Below are positions 21,112 to 29,595 of a DNA stretch of 40,647 nucleotides, one piece after another; position 1 is the first letter of the stretch, and every line of letters starts with the position of its first letter. A program made the translations under genes and the position numbers. The stretch lies in contig JBGAQA010000059.1 of the NCBI GenBank assembly GCA_044220955.1, positions 1 through 40,647 on the forward strand, in the 5' to 3' direction. Under the pieces are notes generated by a model, which saw only the letters and a program-made list of their open reading frames with translations, made no database searches and was not told where the DNA came from. Origin of the DNA: Sandaracinaceae bacterium (GTDB lineage: Bacteria > Myxococcota_A > Polyangia > Polyangiales > Sandaracinaceae).

Positions 21112-22104
21112 GTGAGCGAGAGCAACGCCAACACGGGCCCGACCGCGACCGAGCCGGGGCCGCGCCTCGCGATCGGCGAGCTCGCGCGCGTCTGGGCGAG
21201 CGTGGTGCCGGGGCTGGGAGCGATGCCTCCGCGCGATCCACGCGCCGTGGCGTTTCGACTCTTCTGGAGCCGGCGCGACGAGAACGGGTTTCGGGACTTC
21301 CCGCTCGGCGCGGGGCAGCACCTCGTGGTGGGCAGGCACACGCGCGCGGACGTCGTTCTCCCGAGCGATGCCGACCTCTCGCTCCGCCACCTCCTCGTCG
21401 TGCCCGCGCGTCGCGGCGAGGCGCGGCTGCGCCTCGTCGATCTTCGGGCCGCGATGCCGATGTACGCCACGACCGATCGGCCGTCGCGCTCGCTCGCGGT
21501 GGACGGGCCCTTCGCCGTGCGCCTCGGCACCTACGTGCTCGGCGGCTTCCCCGTCGGTCCCGGCTGCGATCCTCCACCCGCGACGCTGCCGTCGATGCAG
21601 AGCGTGGACACGGAGAGCGCATCCGAGGCGTCGCAGCGCAACCTCTCGACCCAGGTCGGCCACGACGGTGGCCCGTATCGATCGGGGCGCCGCAGCACGC
21701 TCATCACCAACCTGCCGCGCCCGATCACGCTCGTCGAGGCGTCGGACGCGCCCTCCGTGGGACCCGTCCTCGCGACGCTCCTCGGGCGGCGCGCCGGGCA
21801 GGTGGCGCGGGTCGCGCTCCGCGAGGAGGATCTGCGCCGCGGTGTCCTCGTCGGTCGCGCCGACAAGTGCATGGACCAGGGGCTCAGGGCCGTGATGACG
21901 ATTCAGATCTCGCGCGTCCACGCGGTGGTCTTGCTCGACGACGGGGGCACGATCTGGCTCTACGACGCGGGCTCGACCAACGGGACGCTGGTGTCGGGGA
22001 CGAAGGTCCGCAGCGCGACGCTCGCCGAGCTCGCGCCCTTCGTCGCACGCTCGAAGGCCGTCCTCGGCGACGGTATCGAGGTCGAGCTGGAGGGGCCGGG
22101 GTGA
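21112..22104 (+). CDS. Tandem FHA-domain protein
   Basis: VVGRH...LSLRH and LVGR...ISRVH...DAGSTNGT; GTG start at 21112 inferred (ORF from 21097). Confidence 0.82.
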   Translation: MSESNANTGPTATEPGPRLAIGELARVWASVVPGLGAMPPRDPRAVAFRLFWSRRDENGFRDFPLGAGQHLVVGRHTRADVVLPSDADLSLRHLLVVPARRGEARLRLVDLRAAMPMYATTDRPSRSLAVDGPFAVRLGTYVLGGFPVGPGCDPPPATLPSMQSVDTESASEASQRNLSTQVGHDGGPYRSGRRSTLITNLPRPITLVEASDAPSVGPVLATLLGRRAGQVARVALREEDLRRGVLVGRADKCMDQGLRAVMTIQISRVHAVVLLDDGGTIWLYDAGSTNGTLVSGTKVRSATLAELAPFVARSKAVLGDGIEVELEGPG

Positions 22105-22868
22105 GCGTTCGCGTCGAGCTCGACGGGGCGATCGCGACGATCATCCTCGATCGACCGCGGGTGAGGAACGCGATCGACCGCGACACGGCCGAGGCGCTCG
22201 CGCGGGCGGTGCGGGACTTCGAGGCGAGCGAGGCGCTGCGCGTCGCCGTGGTGCACGGTGATCACGGCACCTTCTGCGCCGGGGCGGATCTGGGCGCCAT
22301 CGCGAAGGGGCGGCCCAACCGCGTCGAGCGCGGCGGCGACGGGCCCCTCGGGTGCACGCGCATGCAGCCGAGCAAGCCGGTGATCGCGTCGATCGCGGGG
22401 CACGCGGTCGCGGGCGGCCTCGAGCTCGCGCTCTTCTGCGACCTGCGCGTGGTGGAGCAGAGCGCCGTGCTCGGTGTCTTCTGCCGGCGCTGGGGCGTGC
22501 CCTTGATCGACGGAGGCACGGTGCGCTTGCCGCGTGTCGTCGGCCTCGGTCGCGCGCTCGACCTGGTGCTCACGGGCCGTGCGGTGTCGGCGAGCGAGGC
22601 GCTCGCGATGGGCCTGGTCAGCCGCGTGGTGCCCGACGGCACGGCGCGCGCGCACGCGGAGCAGCTAGCGCGAAGCATCGCGGCGTTCCCGTGGACGTGC
22701 GTGCTCGAGGACCGCGCTTCGGTCTACGAGTCGATGGACCGCGAGTTCCAGGCGGCGATGGAGAACGAGCTCGACCACGGCCTGCGCTCGCTCGCGGCGC
22801 CGGAGCTCGGCGAGGCGGTGGCGAGGTTCGTCGCGGGAGCGGGCAGGGGCGGATCGTTCGGCGGGTGA
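22101..22868 (+). CDS. Enoyl-CoA hydratase/isomerase (crotonase) family protein
   Basis: RNAID, FCAGADL, AGGLELAL.CDLRV, CRRWGVPLIDGGTVRLPR; GTGA-coupled to the FHA gene. Confidence 0.93.
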   Translation: MSVRVELDGAIATIILDRPRVRNAIDRDTAEALARAVRDFEASEALRVAVVHGDHGTFCAGADLGAIAKGRPNRVERGGDGPLGCTRMQPSKPVIASIAGHAVAGGLELALFCDLRVVEQSAVLGVFCRRWGVPLIDGGTVRLPRVVGLGRALDLVLTGRAVSASEALAMGLVSRVVPDGTARAHAEQLARSIAAFPWTCVLEDRASVYESMDREFQAAMENELDHGLRSLAAPELGEAVARFVAGAGRGGSFGG

Positions 22869-22893
22869 GCGAGAGCGCGGCCTCAGAGGCGGC

Positions 22894-23130
22894 TCAGCGC
22901 ATCACGCAGGTCCCGCCGGCGCACGCGGCGCGGTGGCCCACGCACGGGTGGCCGGGACAGGCCTCGCTGCACGCGGCCGGGGGCGGCTCGGGCCCGAGCA
23001 CCGCGCGGCACTCGCAGCCGCACACGTCGATCAGCGTGCAGTCGGCGTCGCGGCGGCAGCCGCCGGTCTGGGCAGCCGCCGCGCTGCAGCCCGCGAGGCC
23101 GAGCACCAGGAAGGTCGCGAGTGTCCTCAT
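22894..23130 (-). CDS. Small Cys-rich lipoprotein
   Basis: Lipobox LAGC followed by 10 Cys in about 60 aa (C..DADC motif); fills the gap between crotonase and gpsA. Confidence 0.75.
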   Translation of the reverse strand: MRTLATFLVLGLAGCSAAAAQTGGCRRDADCTLIDVCGCECRAVLGPEPPPAACSEACPGHPCVGHRAACAGGTCVMR

Positions 23131-23167
23131 CGCTCGATCCGACGTCCCGCGGGTCCCATCGATCTCT

Positions 23168-24175
23168 TCAGTCGCGCTCGTGCCGCTGCGGCCGCGTCAT
23201 GAGGCCGAACACCGCGTCGCGCGCGTTCATGTCCTCGTAGAGGATCCGGTACACGGCATCGACGATGGGCATCTCGACCGCCTCGCGTCGGGACAGGGCG
23301 TGGGCGCTCTTGGTCGTCCGCACGCCCTCGGCCACCTGGTTCATGCCCTTGAGGATCTCGTCGAGCCTGCGGCCCTTGCCGAGCTCGAGGCCGACCTTGC
23401 GGTTACGGGAGAGATCGCCGGTGCAGGTCAGCAGCAGATCGCCGATCCCGCCGAGCCCGGCGAGCGTCATCGGGTGCGCGCCCAGCTTGATGGCGAGGCG
23501 CGAGAGCTCCGCGAGGCCGCGCGTGACGATGGCCGCGCGCGTGTTGTGGCCGAAGCCGAGGCCGTCGCCCACGCCGGCGGCGATCGCCATCACGTTCTTG
23601 AGCGAGCCGCCGAGCTCGATCCCGATCACGTCGTCGGTCGTGTAGACGCGCAGGCGCTCGGTCGCGAGGACGTGCTGTACCTTCGCGGTGACCGAGTGGC
23701 TCTTGCCCGCGACGACGACCGCCGTCGGCATCCCCTGCGCGACCTCCTTCGCGAAGCTCGGGCCGCCGAGGTACGTCAGCTGCTCGTGCTGGTCCGCGGG
23801 CAAGCAGTCCTCGAAGATCCCGCACACGAGCTTCAGCGTTCCGTTCTCGATGCCCTTCGTCGCCGAGAGGATCGGCGCGCCCTTCGGGAACCACTTCGCC
23901 GCGAGCTCGAGGTTCTCGCGCAGGCCGTGCGTCGGCACGGCCGAGAGCACCATGTCCACGCCGTCGAGCGCCGCCTCGAGATCGTGCGTGGCGCGCAGCG
24001 TGGCGGGCAGGGGGATTCCCGGCAGGTACTCGGCGTTCTCACGCGCCCGCTCGATCGCCGCCGACTGCTCGGCGCGTCGAGCCCAGAGCCGAACCTCGTT
24101 GCCGGCGTCGCCGAGGCTCTTCGCCAGCGCCGTTCCCCAGGAGCCCGAGCCGAGCACCGCGACCTTGGCCGACAT
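23168..24175 (-). CDS. gpsA: NAD(P)H-dependent glycerol-3-phosphate dehydrogenase
   Basis: GSGSWGTALA, ATKGIE, GPSFAKEV, GGSLKNV, GIGDL.LTC..LSRN, AEGV.T. Confidence 0.96.
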   Translation of the reverse strand: MSAKVAVLGSGSWGTALAKSLGDAGNEVRLWARRAEQSAAIERARENAEYLPGIPLPATLRATHDLEAALDGVDMVLSAVPTHGLRENLELAAKWFPKGAPILSATKGIENGTLKLVCGIFEDCLPADQHEQLTYLGGPSFAKEVAQGMPTAVVVAGKSHSVTAKVQHVLATERLRVYTTDDVIGIELGGSLKNVMAIAAGVGDGLGFGHNTRAAIVTRGLAELSRLAIKLGAHPMTLAGLGGIGDLLLTCTGDLSRNRKVGLELGKGRRLDEILKGMNQVAEGVRTTKSAHALSRREAVEMPIVDAVYRILYEDMNARDAVFGLMTRPQRHERD

Positions 24176-24191
24176 GGGTGCGACCCTACTA

Positions 24192-24383
24192 CGAGGGCGA
24201 GAGCGAGGGCGAGGTCGAGGTCGAGGTCGAGGGCGAGGTCGAGAGCGAGGTCGAGGGCGAGGGCGAGGGCGAGGGCGAGGGCGAGGGCGAGGTCGAGGTC
24301 GAGGTCGAGGTCGAGGTCGAGGGCGAGGGCGAGGGCGAGGGCGAGGTCGAGAGCGAGAGCGAGAGCGAGAGCGAGAGCGAGAG
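24192..24383. repeat. Tandem array of 32 hexamers CGAG(GG/GT/AG)
   Basis: Counted directly: units CGAGGG, CGAGGT and CGAGAG in blocks, filling nearly the whole gpsA/PLP-enzyme intergenic region. Confidence 0.95.
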
Positions 24384-24401
24384 CGAGCTATGCTCCGCCT
24401 C

Positions 24402-25580
24402 ATGCTCTCGTGGGACGCCGCGCGCGCGATGTTGAAGGACGAGTCGCTCCCCGCGCTGCTCGTCGACCGGGACGCGTTCGACCGCAACGTGCGCGCGACC
24501 GCGGAGAAGGGCTCCCTCGCCGGCAAGCCGCTCCGCCTCGCCACCAAGTCCGTCCGTAGCGTCGCGCTGATCGAGCGCGCGCTCGAGCTCGGGGCGCCGC
24601 ACCTGCGCGGGCTGCTCGCGTTCTCCATCGACGAGGCCGTGCTCCTCGCCGGTCGCGGCTTCGAGGACATCGTCGTCGCGTACCCGAGCGTGGACCGCCG
24701 CGCGATCGAGGCCGTGGCGCTCCGCGCGCCGCGCGCGGTCACGCTCATGGTGGACGAGCTCGCGCACGTCGAGGTGCTAGAGAGCGTCGCCACCGCGCGC
24801 GGGGTGAAGCTCAAGGTCGCGATCGAGCTCGACGTGTCCTACCGCCCGCTCGCGGGCCGTGACGTTCACCTCGGACCCCGGCGGAGCCCCCTGCGCACGC
24901 CCGCCGCCGTCGTCGAGCTCGCGCGCTCGATCGCGACCCGCCCCTCGCTGGAGCTGGCCGCGCTGATGGGCTACGAGGCGCACGTCGCCGGCGTGCCCGA
25001 CTCCATCGCGATGCGCGCGTTCAAGCGCGCCGCGTGGCCGCGCGTCCTCTCGCTCCGCGGCGAGACGGTGGAGGCACTCCGGCGCGCCTCGCTCCTGCCC
25101 TCCGTCGTCAACGGAGGCGGCAGTGGCAGCGTCACCGCGACGCTCGGCGACCCCGCGGTCACCGAGGGCACCATCGGCTCGGGCCTGCTGTGCGCGCACC
25201 TCTTCGATCACTTCGACGCCGACCGCTACGACCCCGCGCTCTTCATCGCGCTCGAGACCTGCCGCGTCCCGGACCTCGGGCACGTGACCTGCCGCGGGGG
25301 CGGATACGTCGCGTCCGGCGCGCCCGGCATGGACCGGCTTCCCGTCCCCGTCCTGCCCGAAGGGCTCGTGTACGTGGCCCGCGAGGGCGCTGGCGAGGTC
25401 CAGACGCCCCTCGACGTCTCGCGGGCCTCCCACGTCCCTGCGGTCGGCGAGCCGGTCCTGTTCAGACCCGCGAAATCAGGCGAGATTGCCGAGCGCTTCC
25501 GCGAGCACGTCCACTTCTCCCGCGGCCAGATCCTCGCCCGGACGCCCACGTACCGCGGCGAAGGATGGTGCTTCTTCTAG
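24402..25580 (+). CDS. PLP-dependent alanine-racemase-fold enzyme (DSD1/amino acid deaminase-aldolase family)
   Basis: RLATKS (PLP Lys), DIVVAYP, LMVD, RRSPL, MGYEAH, VNGGGSGS, GSGL, EGAGEVQTP, TYRGEG; ATG 24402 (alternative 24390). Confidence 0.88.
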   Translation: MLSWDAARAMLKDESLPALLVDRDAFDRNVRATAEKGSLAGKPLRLATKSVRSVALIERALELGAPHLRGLLAFSIDEAVLLAGRGFEDIVVAYPSVDRRAIEAVALRAPRAVTLMVDELAHVEVLESVATARGVKLKVAIELDVSYRPLAGRDVHLGPRRSPLRTPAAVVELARSIATRPSLELAALMGYEAHVAGVPDSIAMRAFKRAAWPRVLSLRGETVEALRRASLLPSVVNGGGSGSVTATLGDPAVTEGTIGSGLLCAHLFDHFDADRYDPALFIALETCRVPDLGHVTCRGGGYVASGAPGMDRLPVPVLPEGLVYVAREGAGEVQTPLDVSRASHVPAVGEPVLFRPAKSGEIAERFREHVHFSRGQILARTPTYRGEGWCFF

Positions 25581-25632
25581 GAGCTGGCGGCGTTGCCCGT
25601 GTGTGTGCCCGTGCTACCACCACCCGCTTTTC

Positions 25633-26109
25633 ATGGCGGCAGAACCACAGCGGCACGTGGCCGGCGCCGAGGACGCGTCGCGTCTCACGTTCGTGCGCGC
25701 GCTCATGGACGAGCACATCCCGTTCAACCGGGTGCTCGGCCTGCGCGTGCGCGAGGTCGCGTCCGGGCTGGCGGTGCTCGAGATCCCGTTCCGCCCCGAG
25801 CTCATCGGGGACCGCGAGCGCCCTGCGCTCCACGGAGGCGTGGTCTCGGCGCTCGCCGACACGTGCGGCGGCGCGGCCGTGTGGACGACCGTCGGGCCCC
25901 AGGATCGCGTCTCCACGATCGACCTGCGCGTCGACTACCTGCGGCCCGGTCGCGCCGAGACGCTCGTCGCGACGGGGCGCGTGCTGCGCGTCGGCAACCG
26001 CGTCGGCGTCGTGAACATCGTCCTCACGCACGACGGTGACGTCGAGCCGATCGCCGAGGCGAAGGGCGTGTACGCGATCAAGCGCGTGATCTCCGGGGAG
26101 AAGGCATGA
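25633..26109 (+). CDS. PaaI/hotdog-fold thioesterase
   Basis: IPFNRVLG, LHGGVVSALADTCGG, TIDLRVDYLRPG. Confidence 0.9.
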   Translation: MAAEPQRHVAGAEDASRLTFVRALMDEHIPFNRVLGLRVREVASGLAVLEIPFRPELIGDRERPALHGGVVSALADTCGGAAVWTTVGPQDRVSTIDLRVDYLRPGRAETLVATGRVLRVGNRVGVVNIVLTHDGDVEPIAEAKGVYAIKRVISGEKA

Positions 26110-28805
26110 GCATCGCCTTCACTCCGAGCGGCGGCATCGACCGCCGCAGCGTCGGGCTGCACACCGACGGCACGCCCGAGGGCGAGCAAGCGCGCATCGT
26201 CGCGGAGGAAGAGCGCTCGCTCGGGCGAATCCAGAAGCACCTCGCCGCGCGCAAGCTCACGGTCGCGTCCGCCGACGAGGGCCTCGACTACGACGCCGAG
26301 ATGCTCTCGCTGCGCGACCAGATCCAGGAGGCGCGCCTCGAGGACGTGCCCCCGCTCATCGAGGAGATGGAGCGCCTGACCGAGGTCGCGGCGCGCCGCG
26401 GCAAGGTCGTCGAGGGCGCGGTCGATCCGCTCTCGCCCTACTTCGGGCGCATGGTGCTCGAGGAGAACGATCGCCGCCGCGAGGTGCTGATCGGCAAGGC
26501 GACGTACCTCGACCCGCGCACCAACGTGCGCATCGTGGACTGGCGCGACGCGCCCGTCTCGCGCCTGTACTACCGCTACGAAGAGGGCGACGAGTACGAG
26601 GAGCGCTTCGGCGGCCGCGAGGTGCTGGGCGAGATCATCACGCGTCGCAGCGTCGCCATCGGCGGCGGGCAGCTCCGGCGCATCGGCTCGCCACAGGGCA
26701 TCTTCGTCCGGAACAACGAGGGCACGTGGCGCCGCGCGGGCGAGAGCGCGCGCCTCCACGGCGGCCAGGGCGCCGCGATGCGCCCGGAGGGCCACCACAA
26801 GCCGAGCACCGACGACCACCGCCCGGGGCGCCTCGGCGTCCGCGTCGACGACGGCCGCGACGAGAAGTTCCTCCCCGAGATCACCGCGCTCATCGACGCC
26901 CGCCAGTTCGAGCTGATCACGCGCAGCGACGCCGGGCTCGTCGTGATCCAGGGCGGCGCCGGGAGCGGCAAGACCACCATCGGCCTGCATCGCCTCGCGT
27001 ACCTGGCCTTCCAGGATCCGAAGCGCTTCCGCGCCGACAAGATGCTCGTCATGGTCTTCAACGACGCGCTCGTCCGCTACATCGGCAAGGTGCTGCCGGC
27101 GCTCGGCGTGCACGGCGTGGGCGTGGTGACGTTCGAGCGCTGGGCGGCGAAGCTGCGCATGCAGCACCTGCGTGGGCTGCCGACCGAGTACACGAACGAC
27201 ACGCCCGGGCCCGTGACGCGCCTCAAGAAGCACCCCGTGATGCTGCGCGTGATCGACGCGCACGTCGCCAAGGTGACCGAGCGCGTCGAGGCGATGTTGC
27301 GGACCTCCCTCGAGAAGATCGACGCGCGGGAGGACGCCCTCGCGTTCTGGCGCGACCAGGAGAAGGCGCCCCTCGCCATGCGCCTGCATCGACTGCGCGC
27401 CTGGGCGTCGCCCTCCGGCGATGGCGCGGACGCCGAGCTCGCGGCCCTCGACCGAGGGCAGAGCGTCTCCTCGACGCGGCCGGCCCCACGCTCGGTGGCG
27501 CTGCGTCACGCGATCGAGCGCACGGTGACGGCCGCGCGGCGCGACCTGCTCGACGTGTCGTCCGCCTGGGCCGAGATCCTCACGGACGAGCCGGCGCTGC
27601 GCGCCGCCTTCGGCGAGCACGCGCAGGGCGTCCTCGACGACGAGGACATGCGCACGGCGCTCGCGTGGTGCGCCGAGCGCTGCAGCATGGTCCTGGCCGA
27701 GCTCGAGGCGCGGCGCGAGGACGGCGAGGGCGATCGCGCCGTGGACCGGAGCTCGCAGCGCCCGCCCGCCGCCGGCGAGGAGCGCGAGCGGAGCGAGGAG
27801 GACCGCGAGCTCGCGATCGATCAGGACACCCCGCGCGCCAAGCTGGTCGCGCGCCGCAGGGCGAGCGACGACGACGGCGAGGCGGACGACGACGACGACG
27901 ATCGCAGCGTCGGCATCGACGGCGCGGCCGAGGTCGAGCCGCCGCGCCTCGATCGCGAGGACGACGCGCTCCTGCTGAGGATCACCCAGCGCATGCGCGG
28001 CCCGCTCATCCACGGGCGGCCTCAGAAGGGCAAGCCCGCCGAGCGCCTGCGCTACGAGCACATCCTCGTGGACGAGGCGCAGGATCTCTCCCCCGTCGAG
28101 CTCGCGGTCGTGATGGGCACCTCGAGCAAGGCGCGCAGCGTCACGCTCGCCGGTGACACCGCGCAGCGCCTCCACATGGACAACGGCTTCGAGGGGTGGC
28201 CCCAGCTCCTCGACGCGATCCGGCCGCGCCGTCCGGGTGCGCCCGAGGACACCTACCCGGCGCTCGAGGTCGAGCCCCTGAAGGTCCAGTACCGCTCGAC
28301 GCACCCGATCATCGAGCTCGCGCAGGACGTGCTCGGCCCGCTCGCCATGAAGGACGGCGGTCACGCGATCCGCGGGGGCGCGCCGGTGGAGCTCTTCCGC
28401 TTCGCGCACTCGGGCGAGGCCGTCGGGTTCCTGGGTGAGGCGCTGAGAGAGCTGATGCAGGCCGAGCCGCGCGCGTCCATCGCGCTCGTCGCCCGCTACC
28501 CGGAGCAGGCGGACCTCTACTTCAAGGGCCTGGTGACGAGCGAGGTGCCCCACCTGCGCCGCATCGCCGAGCAGGACTTCCCGTTCAAGGCGGGCATCGA
28601 CGTCACCGACGTGCGGCAGGTGAAGGGCCTCGAGTTCGACTACGTCGTGCTCCTCGAGGCGACGCGCGCGAGCTACCCGGTCAACGACGAGAGCCGCCAC
28701 CTCTTGCACATCGCAGCGACCCGGGCGGCGCACCAGCTCTGGATCACGAGCGTGGGCGAGCCGAGCGAGATCCTGCCGAAGGCGCTCGTCGATCGAGCTT
28801 TCTGA
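26106..28805 (+). CDS. helD: HelD-like SF1 ATPase (RNA polymerase recycling factor family)
   Basis: N-terminal coiled coil, SPYFGR, IVDWR.AP.S.LYY, GGAGSGKTT..LHRLAYL, VDEAQD, GDTAQ, YRST, KGLEFD, ATRA. Confidence 0.8.
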   Translation: MSIAFTPSGGIDRRSVGLHTDGTPEGEQARIVAEEERSLGRIQKHLAARKLTVASADEGLDYDAEMLSLRDQIQEARLEDVPPLIEEMERLTEVAARRGKVVEGAVDPLSPYFGRMVLEENDRRREVLIGKATYLDPRTNVRIVDWRDAPVSRLYYRYEEGDEYEERFGGREVLGEIITRRSVAIGGGQLRRIGSPQGIFVRNNEGTWRRAGESARLHGGQGAAMRPEGHHKPSTDDHRPGRLGVRVDDGRDEKFLPEITALIDARQFELITRSDAGLVVIQGGAGSGKTTIGLHRLAYLAFQDPKRFRADKMLVMVFNDALVRYIGKVLPALGVHGVGVVTFERWAAKLRMQHLRGLPTEYTNDTPGPVTRLKKHPVMLRVIDAHVAKVTERVEAMLRTSLEKIDAREDALAFWRDQEKAPLAMRLHRLRAWASPSGDGADAELAALDRGQSVSSTRPAPRSVALRHAIERTVTAARRDLLDVSSAWAEILTDEPALRAAFGEHAQGVLDDEDMRTALAWCAERCSMVLAELEARREDGEGDRAVDRSSQRPPAAGEERERSEEDRELAIDQDTPRAKLVARRRASDDDGEADDDDDDRSVGIDGAAEVEPPRLDREDDALLLRITQRMRGPLIHGRPQKGKPAERLRYEHILVDEAQDLSPVELAVVMGTSSKARSVTLAGDTAQRLHMDNGFEGWPQLLDAIRPRRPGAPEDTYPALEVEPLKVQYRSTHPIIELAQDVLGPLAMKDGGHAIRGGAPVELFRFAHSGEAVGFLGEALRELMQAEPRASIALVARYPEQADLYFKGLVTSEVPHLRRIAEQDFPFKAGIDVTDVRQVKGLEFDYVVLLEATRASYPVNDESRHLLHIAATRAAHQLWITSVGEPSEILPKALVDRAF

Positions 28806-28931
28806 TCACGAGGCAGTGCTGGCGAAGCCGGGCGACGCAATTGTGTCGGCTCGCCCCTCCGGCCCCTCCCGTCCGCGGGCTGCGCCCGCTCCCGTCCGGG
28901 ACCTCCGTTGCGAGCACTCCTGTGGTGATCA
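28803..28931. repeat. Structured intergenic element with imperfect terminal inverted repeats (REP/MITE-like or bidirectional terminator)
   Basis: TGATCAC/GTGATCA and AGTGCT/AGCACT pair end to end; internal hairpin GCGGGC-TGC-GCCCGC (28875-28889). Confidence 0.45.
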
Positions 28932-29456
28932 GGGGGTGCGGAAGACCTGGACGCCGTAGTCGCCGAACCCGCGGTAGGCGCGCGCGGTGATGTAGAACGG
29001 ACCCGTCCAGCGCGGGCAGAGCGTGTCGGAGCCCATGCCGAGCACGGCGAAGTTCTCGACGCCGGTGTCCTGTGCGATGGAGTTGCCGTTCTCGTCCACG
29101 ATGAACAGGTCGAGGTCGCCCATCGTCTCGCCGCTCACGCCGATGACGCGGTAGCAGTAGCCGGCCTCGAAGACCGTCGAGAACTCCTCGGTCTGGCTCT
29201 CGTAGAGGTAGCCGTGCTGGAGGTAGGAGCTCGGGATCATGTCCGAGGCGTACTGCTGGTAGCGCACCTGCATGTGCTGCGAGACGTAGTCCGCCGCGGG
29301 GGCGTCATAGGCGCCGGCCACCACGTACGACCCGGTCGTGGGCGCTGGCGGCGGCGGTGCCGCAGCGCGCGCACGACGGCGTCCGCAACCGCTGCCCGCG
29401 AGCGCGAGCGAGCCGACCAACAACACCACTGCCGAGATCCGCAACATCCCCATCAT
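28929..29456 (-). CDS. Putative lipoprotein with PPC-like beta domain
   Basis: AGGAG SD, signal peptide with GSGC, Pro linker, G.CY.VIG, DLDLFIVDENG, G.Y.VQVF. Confidence 0.8.
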   Translation of the reverse strand: MMGMLRISAVVLLVGSLALAGSGCGRRRARAAAPPPPAPTTGSYVVAGAYDAPAADYVSQHMQVRYQQYASDMIPSSYLQHGYLYESQTEEFSTVFEAGYCYRVIGVSGETMGDLDLFIVDENGNSIAQDTGVENFAVLGMGSDTLCPRWTGPFYITARAYRGFGDYGVQVFRTP

Positions 29457-29595
29457 CGCGCCGTCTCCTGCTCCATGTGTCGAGCTACGGTGTCCGAGGG
29501 CTCCGCCTTCCCAGTGCGGTGAACGGCATGCCCGGAACGAGGTGGGCTCTGCTATACCAGAAACCGCCGAGCCGTACGATCCTCTTGGCGGGCCG

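Noticed and set aside
24192..24383. CRISPR array
   Set aside because: 6-bp tandem units with no unique spacers and no cas genes
23688..24814. Long RG/RE, RP/RS, EG/EV and SP/ST dipeptide-repeat ORF extensions
   Set aside because: They are just stop-free translations of the hexamer array; the real genes start at 24175 (minus) and ~24402 (plus)
25581..26105. Rifamycin-associated element upstream of the HelD-like gene (HelR assignment)
   Set aside because: No such inverted repeat seen; the gene is operon-internal, so it is not called helR
29457..29595. Sigma54 promoter for the divergent lipoprotein (minus strand TGGTATAGCAGAGC or GGCATGCCGTTCAC)
   Set aside because: First has GG-N9-GC spacing; second lacks the -12 GC
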